From positions 37,448,001 to 37,512,000 of the forward strand of contig OZ024745.1 in NCBI GenBank assembly GCA_964016885.1: a DNA stretch of 64,000 nucleotides, given 5' to 3'. Positions 56,640 through 64,000 of this stretch are shown here, one piece after another (position 1 is the stretch's first letter; the number at the start of each line of letters is the position of its first letter). The notes beneath the pieces were generated by a model that searched no databases, was not told where the DNA came from, and worked only from the letters and a program-made list of their open reading frames with translations. Source of the DNA: Eledone cirrhosa. Taxonomy: Eukaryota. Made by a program: the position numbers and the translations under genes.

Positions 56640-57295
56640 CCAGTGATCATAATCACCATCATCATCATCATCATCATCAACATCAACATCAACATCAACA
56701 TCATCATCAATATCTTCATCGGCAACAGCAGCAGCATCAGAACCTCATCGCTACGACCATCATCGTTCCCAACATCATCCTATCACCATCACACTCATCA
56801 CATTCCTCATCAGGTTCAATATCAACACCAGCCACCATCATTACTATCATTATCTACACTGACTAATGTAACCATAGATACAGTATGTCTGAGAGAAAAA
56901 GATATAGAGATTGATCAAAGCTAGAATACCTTTGATTATTGTTCTGCTCTGCCAGGGATGACTTTGAGCTCAACAACAACAACAACAGCAGCAACAATAT
57001 AATCATCTCCACCATCAATATCATCACCATAATCATCATCATCTTCACCACCGCCATTATCGTCATAATTGTCATCATCATCGTCATTATTCTCATTATC
57101 ATCATCACAATGCATATCGTTGTTATCATCATCAACGCCAGCTTCACCATCATCACTAAAATCTCAATTATCATATCATCAGTGTCACTAGTATCATCAC
57201 CCTCGTCATCTTCAGCAACATAGACATCATCATCTTCAACAACATAGTCATCATCATCTTCAACACCATTATCGCCGTCGTCCTCATCATTTTTT
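56640..57295. repeat. Degenerate (CAT)n/(CAA)n trinucleotide low-complexity tract
   Basis: Directly visible. Confidence 0.9.
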
Positions 57296-58284
57296 TCATT
57301 CCCTCTCCCTCTTTCTAGTTTTATCATTAATACTATATTCCCTTATAACAAATATACCAAACCAGTGTGAAGTGGTGAAACGCAGTCCCGTCTGTAAACA
57401 CAATACATCTACGCTGAAGATTAAACCGGAAATCACCGAGTGTGTTGGACCAGCTGTGTGACTCAAGCTGGATCTCTTCATGGGAAGTGAATGTCACTCA
57501 ATTACCTCCCCCTTCTACATCTTCTTCCCTGCCTCCTTAGGTATTTGACGGCAGTGACTCAATCTGTACAGGCTGCTGACACCGACTTATTCGAATAATA
57601 AGAGATCGTTTTATTGTCATAAATTCAGTTTCATTATACCCACCTAACCAATCCATCCATACAAACCACCCAATTAAATTAACCGATGTAAATTAACCCC
57701 AAACGTCCACCCTCAATAGCCGGCTAAGATAACTATCCAATGTAACCACTTAATCAAACCACCCGTAATAAGCATGTGAAGCAACCACCCGATATAAACA
57801 CTAAAACTAAATATCCAAAGTAACCCTCTTAAGTAACCTTCCAAAGTAACTAGTCGTTTTCTTTTGCCTACAGTGTATATAACGCGTTTTGCGTGCACAC
57901 ACACACGCACATACGCTCGCGCGTGCACACATACATGTGCTCCAATTTTAGGCATACATTAATATATACAGAGTTAAATCCTACAAAGGTGCACACATTT
58001 GTACGCATGAACACAAGCGTATATTTTACTCTGTGTACGTCACACACACACAAACAAACAAATATGTGTGTATATATATATATAGAGAGAGAGAACTTGT
58101 CAAGGCAGAATTCTAGAAGGAAAATTCTGATATAACACCTGCAACCCTGATGGTATCCAATGATGTTGACTTGTTCTTCTTTTTGCTAAATATCATCTTG
58201 GTTAAGAGAGTGGGACTGGCTTTGTGCAGTGCCTTTGCTTACTATAAAAGCTTCACGGCACAGGCATTGCTTTATATCTGGAGA

Positions 58285-58475
58285 TCTCTCTGCACTTGTC
58301 GTCACATGGTACCATGTACCCAGCACTGTGTCAATAATTGTCACAAGTGTAGTGTTTGTACCAGAATTTTCAAGTCGCTGGCTGGACTAAAAAGTCACAC
58401 TCGTTCAGCGCATCGGTAGTGGTTCTCCTACATGGATATAAAGTAGTGACCGTACTCGAAAACGAGTTGGCAGCC

Positions 58476-58480
<5 letters not shown>
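58285..58480 (+). mobile_element. RTE-type LINE 3' end with terminal C2H2 finger
   Basis: HKCSVCTRIFKSLAGLKSHTRSAHR-stop, a short UTR with actcg-aaaa-cgagt stem-loop, then (TA)n. Confidence 0.6.
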
Positions 58481-58562
<82 letters not shown>

Positions 58563-59279
58563 TTGCATATATAATAGTGTGTGACGTACAACCCGAGCAC
58601 CCATTCTCCTTTCTCTTTCTCTCGCCCTCTCCTTGTACTAATGGTGTGTTGTTGTATGTATTCGCACATTATATATATATATATATACATACATACACAC
58701 ACAATGGGACATAAATCAGCAGATTGAACGCAACATGTGGTTAGCATTAGGTAGTGCTTCTCAAATTAACTAATCCTGCCCTGTGCAGACTCAGGATATT
58801 TACAACCTTTGGCCTCTTTTTTTAATTTAATTTAACATATTTTAGCTGTTACTCATACACTGTTCATTTATATTTTATGATTTATATTTTAATTAAATAA
58901 TTTATTTCCTTTCGTCTTAATATTATTTCTACATTTATTCGATCCTCTTACTCCAGAATTTCCTCCAGGGTAAAAACATTATCTCGTATAACACACACGG
59001 ACTCACCCCTTTCTCTCCATCTCCTCCCTTTCACTTGCTCTCTCTCTCCATCTTTATCTTGCCTTTCTCTCTCTACACTTTCTTTCTAACTTAATTTCTA
59101 TGCTTTACTCACACAGCCACTACATCTCTTTGCCTCTCAATTTTCCTGCATCTCTGTCTTTCTAAACAATTTCCTCTACTCTTTCTCTCTTTGCCTCTAT
59201 TCCCTCTCTCCCCCTCTCTCTGTTATACTTCTTTTGTTGGTGAAATTGGTAGTTGTGGCAGTTCTGTACACATTTAAAT

Positions 59280-59940
59280 CTCTGGCAAATTTCCTCTGCC
59301 ACAATGATGTTTGGCACCACTGGTCTAAGAATTGTGGTCCAGCAATAAAGTCTGGCAGATGTGGTCAAGCATTATTGAACTGGCACATATTACGTCCCTT
59401 TACGATCTGAGTTCAAATCCCGCCGAGGTTGACTTTGCCTTTCATCCTTACAGGGTCGATAAAATAAAGTACCAGTAATACACTGGGTAATTGCTGGCCT
59501 TGTGCCTAAAGTAGAAACAATTATTGAACTGGCACATATGGTCAAGCACTAGTGATCTGGCAGATGTGATCTACAATAGTGATCTGGTAGATGTAGTCTT
59601 ACAAGTTTTTGACTGACAGATGCAGTCTAGCAATACTGATCTAAGAAGTCTCCTCAGATTTAGTCTGGCAACAGTAGTCTGACAGATGTGAACTGATTGC
59701 TGTGGTCTAGTAGTTGTGGTATGGCAGATACCGCCTATCTGTTATGATATAGCAGATTAATACGGCTGTTGTAGTTTAACTGTTGTGGTTTGATTGTTGT
59801 TGCTTGAATGTTGTAGACTGATTGTTGTGGTCTGACTGTTGTGGTCTAGCTGCTGAGGTATGACAGATGTTATATGGATGTTGTAAGTCTGATTGTTGTG
59901 GTTTGACTCTTGTGATCTGACGAATGTGGTCTTAAAACTG
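59280..59940. repeat. Degenerate ~30-bp tandem repeat (ctggcagatgtggtc core)
   Basis: Recurrent tctggcagatgtggtct-like units, interrupted by a SINE. Confidence 0.6.
59391..59519 (+). mobile_element. 5'-truncated family C SINE with 20-bp target-site duplication
   Basis: attattgaactggcacatat at 59371-59390 and 59520-59539. Confidence 0.85.
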
Positions 59941-60279
59941 TGATCAAAGAACAGTTTTTCTCTTGACAAAACATAGGCTAGAAATTTGGGGGAAGGGGGA
60001 AGTCGATTATATCAGCCACGGGTGAATGAAGGACAAAGTTGACCTCAGTTGAATTTGAAATCAGTATGTAGAAAGCTGTAACTAAATAAATCAAAGCATA
60101 TATAATGAGTAGAAAAGCATCGCTCAACTGGTATTATCCCAACAATTAGTTGACAAAATCTTACTTTACGTAGAGTTATAAAATCTAAATATGACAAGAA
60201 ACAGATAACTCAATAACACCAGTTCAGTGTAATTGGATTACAATGAGAATGCAGAATAGTTTAATAATGATGATAATGA

Positions 60280-60745
60280 TTTCTACTATAGGCACAAGGC
60301 TAGCATTAAAATAAAGATGAAAGGCAAACCTAATTATAATAATAAGGTTTTCTGATTTAAGCATTAGGCCCACAAATTTGGAGTACTTTATTATATTGGC
60401 CCCGTAAGGATTAAAAGAAAAGGTAACCACGGCAGGATTTGAACTCAGAACGTAAAAGGCTGTAACTATATGCGACAAAGCATGTTGTCCGTCATTTTAA
60501 CGATACTCCCAATCTACCGTCCTTAATAATAACGGTTTCTGGTTTAGGCATAAGGCCAGCAACTTTGGGAGAGGGGAAAATCGATTAAATCGACCCCAGT
60601 ACGATGGTACTTTATTTCATCCACCAAATAAGGATGAAAGGCAAATCTAACCTCGGTGGGATTTGAACTTAGAACGTAAAGGGACGTATATATGCCATAA
60701 ACCATGTTGTCCGTCGCTCTATGGATACTGCCCATCCACCACTAT
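60280..60745 (-). mobile_element. Tandem family C SINE copies
   Basis: Two reverse copies of the gagttcaaatcc...tttcatcct body at about 60340-60525 and 60535-60745. Confidence 0.7.
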
Positions 60746-60784
60746 CAATAATAGTGATAATGATAATAATAATAATAATAATAT

Positions 60785-61071
60785 TAACCGATACCAGGAC
60801 TTAAAGTGGGAGGTAAAAAGGATTTGGAACTGCCATGAAGTCAAAGTGGTCCCGATTGTCATAGGCGCACTAGGTACTATCTCAAAAAGTTTCCAGGGAT
60901 GGTTAAAGAAAATTGGCCCCGCCCCGTTTTTTGGAACACTTCAAAAGGCATGCTTGCTGGGAACAGCAAGAACTCTCCGATACGTCCTGAATATCTGAGG
61001 CTGCAGGTAGTGGCTTGATATTCATTTCAACAAACTTTCCAGTTAACTAACATCAATGACTGAGACTCAAA

Positions 61072-61101
<30 letters not shown>
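60785..61101 (+). mobile_element. R4/Dong-clade LINE 3' end inserted in (TAA)n
   Basis: RYQDLKWEVKRIW...VVPIVIGALG...LQKACLLGTARTLRYVL is the RLE C-terminus. TAA repeats on both sides fit known Dong targeting. Confidence 0.88.
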
Positions 61102-61105
<4 letters not shown>

Positions 61106-61243
61106 GCTGGAAAGGGAGGTAATGTCCGGCTAGAGTTGGTGATGATGATGGAATAGACCCATTGACTGTTTCTTTGTTTATATACGTTCTCAAATATATT
61201 GTCTACACACTAATACGCATATATACACACATAGACATATGTG

Positions 61244-61298
<55 letters not shown>

Positions 61299-62229
61299 GT
61301 GTGTGTGGTAAGATTAAACATGTTCCCTTTCTGCGTACATACAGGTGCAAGAAACGTTGTTTCTTTCCCCTTTATCAAGTAGAACGTCTTCCCCACACCA
61401 AAAGCTGTGTGCCGATTTGAACAAAGATATGCATGGCTAAGACCACCTCTTGTATTTTGTTTCCGTACTTAACATGAAACTTAACACACGTGTTGACAAT
61501 TTTGTAATGGAATGCTTACCAACTCCACCCTTTCGTGAACTGTCAACAGGAAAAGAAAGGGCAGTCATTTTGACTGTTTAGCACTCACGTTACCCTTGCT
61601 GGCTCAACGTAATTGACCCATATGTTTGGAAATTGGGCAGGGGAACAGTGAGAAACGGAAATATCTAGTAGTAGCAGAATGTCTCTACTGATAGTTTGTT
61701 TGTACGAAGCGCGCAGAATAAATCAAATCTATTTTTATCCATTATTGCTGACCCGATATTTCATTCGGTTTATAGAGGCTTAAAATTACACCTTTTATTG
61801 GATGTGTGTGAGCGTATATGTCTCTATGTACGCATGTGTGTATGTTTTGTGTGTTGTGTTATGTTACGTATGCTTGCTTTGAATTTACTCCCAAACACAA
61901 TGTATATCATTATATGGTACGTGCGCCGAAATCTAAACAAACTTAATGAAAAAAAAAATACATTCAGATTTGGCCTATTTCTATTGACAGTTTCCTCCAC
62001 AGACAACAGTCTTACTCACAAATCATTGCTATTGTTAATATCACATCCTCTAGTATTCAAACTTCTCAAACTACATTCCTCGCTCACTCAAGCCATTACA
62101 AAGTTATCACTGAAACCTCGTACTGTATCTCGCAGAGGATTGTACTGAATTACCTTTCCAAACCTCGCTAATATCACCTCCTACGTATATTCATTCCACT
62201 ATCAATTCACCTCTCAATTCATTGACATT

Positions 62230-62960
62230 ATGGACGCTGTACGCCGAACGAGCAAGAAGTTCGCTCCACAGTTACGAGATTCTGCGTTCGATCCCACTGC
62301 ATAGTTTCTTTGGAGTCATTTACAATAGCCTTAAGCCAATTCAAGCTGTGTTGTGAAATTGGCGAGACAGAGAATTGTGGAAGCCCGTAGCATGGTCTAT
62401 ACCTACCTGTAATTCAAAGGGTCAACCTTTTCATACGTTGCATCACGTTAAACCTTTCCATGAATTCCGTTAAGATTACGCATGTCTGCAATGCTCACCT
62501 GCTGACACGTTGATTAGAGCGCAGGACAAAATATCTTGCAATATATCTTTGCAGATCTCTGCGTTCTGAGTAATGTGTTGATTATTTGAGTGGTAGATTT
62601 AATCTGTCTGCTTGTTTAACTCCACTTCCTAATCTTCTGCTTTATGCATTCGGATCAAAGGTGTTGGGCTTGCAATCGGAAGGTCGTTAAGATTGATTCT
62701 CGGACCGTGTGGTGCGTTGTATCCTTGATCAATATACCGTATTTTACATTGCTCCAGCTCACTCAGAAAAAATGATTTCCTGCTATATTTGTTGTGTCAA
62801 GCCATCTCGGACCTCGGCTTTCTTATAGATAACCCCGATAGCGAGGAGAGTGGAGGCTCTTATGCATGAGTGACTGCTGATATTTAACAAAACACCATGC
62901 TTTGTCTTGCACCACGGAGAGGAACTTTCTAGGTGCAGAGTCATGGATAGTCATGACCGG
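62230..62960 (+). mobile_element. Cluster of decayed tRNA-derived SINEs
   Basis: gttcgatcccactgc head at about 62287. Second head plus tatccttgatcaa core-like segment at about 62650-62760. Confidence 0.5.
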
Positions 62961-64000
62961 AGGTAGCCTTAAAACAAATAGTGATATAGCAGGTTATAAA
63001 TATTTTTGACATAAATTTGTAATAATTTGTAATAATTATTGTCACGGGGTATGATGACTGATTAAATTGAAAGAATGAAACAGCGGTCATAGTAATGGCT
63101 ACGAGAACGCCGAGGTCCAGGAATTTCCAAATTCTTTGCGATTATGACACATTTTGGCAAATCAATTATCCCTCACGATCCTCTTTTAATATTTAAATAG
63201 AAAAAAATCGCCGCTTTGAAGCTTTTCATGTACAAACAATGATTATTGACAATTCTCCCTTGCATGTGTAATTCTAAATCTTTTATGCAGTAAGTTTACA
63301 TTCTGTGTCAAATGCAATGCGCTTGCATGGTTAAAAGCCTTAAAACACTCATAAAATGTTAATATTAGCCATTATAAATACATATTAGGCTCATATATTA
63401 TCAAACACTTGGAATTAGCACCTGTGCCACAAAGATGTGTGCAATTCTAAAATTCCTTTAAAATAAACCCTAATAGGAAATATACACAATTTTTATTTTC
63501 ATTAATTTTTTACATGTAAGCTTTGTCTCGTGTAATTTATTTTCTCATAATATATTCATAATCATTTTATATTTAGTCAAATATTTCAAAGTAAAATATT
63601 TTGTCTTTTCTTCCTTGTCATTACTGCGACGACCTATAAAATCACCCTTGACTTTGTTTATATGTGAAAGCAGTACCAGAAGCGCCCTATATTATTTTAG
63701 TTTGACAATGTAATAATAAACAGGTAAACCTTAACGACAGTAAGTGGAGGAAGTATGACAGGTGAAGACGACTTAACTAGATAATTTGGGAGTCACATTA
63801 AATCCCTGAGTAATTAGTGTCAACAAATCTTTTGTAGTAAGGTAATTACATTTTATATACATTCTTACAAGCTTAGATAACCTCGTTTTTAAGGATTTCT
63901 TGCGTGAATGTGCGTGAGTGAATTAAGTATTGCTGTCGATTCATCACATCGTTTAAATATTTTCCACCACAAAAATAAGGTTTTGTATCTTCATAAAAAT

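Noticed and set aside
56504-57327. His/Asp/Met-rich ORFs
   Set aside because: Products of degenerate (CAT)n repeats, open in several frames on both strands.
58150-58419. Host C2H2 zinc-finger gene
   Set aside because: Single finger directly before a stop, no TGEKP linker, followed by a stem-loop and tail typical of an RTE LINE end.

Overview
AT-rich, microsatellite-saturated animal genomic DNA. The (TA)n/(CA)n/(GA)n/(TATG)n load and the tRNA-derived SINE families suggest an octopus-like cephalopod (inference). I found no credible host exon, and nearly all ORFs in the track are microsatellite translations. Recognisable coding remnants are all retrotransposon-derived: a 5'-truncated, frameshifted Penelope-like element (PLE; RT + GIY-YIG, 11.8-14.3 kb), a second decayed PLE (33.7-35.6 kb), an internally deleted L1/Tx1-type LINE (15.1-18.1 kb), and fragments of RTE, R4/Dong and another RLE-type LINE. 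The most notable signal is non-coding. About nine loci carry type I hammerhead-ribozyme motifs (four with intact CUGANGA/GAAA/UH cores and plausible stems, the rest degenerate or partly deleted) in short, mostly dissimilar elements beside (TA)n tracts. Several show fold-back junctions at or near the ribozyme GAAA, including an interleaved A-B-A'-B' inverted-repeat layout seen twice. A five-copy ~140-200 bp family ends in a long nested palindrome whose arms match within a copy but differ between copies. All calls were made by eye, and element boundaries are approximate.
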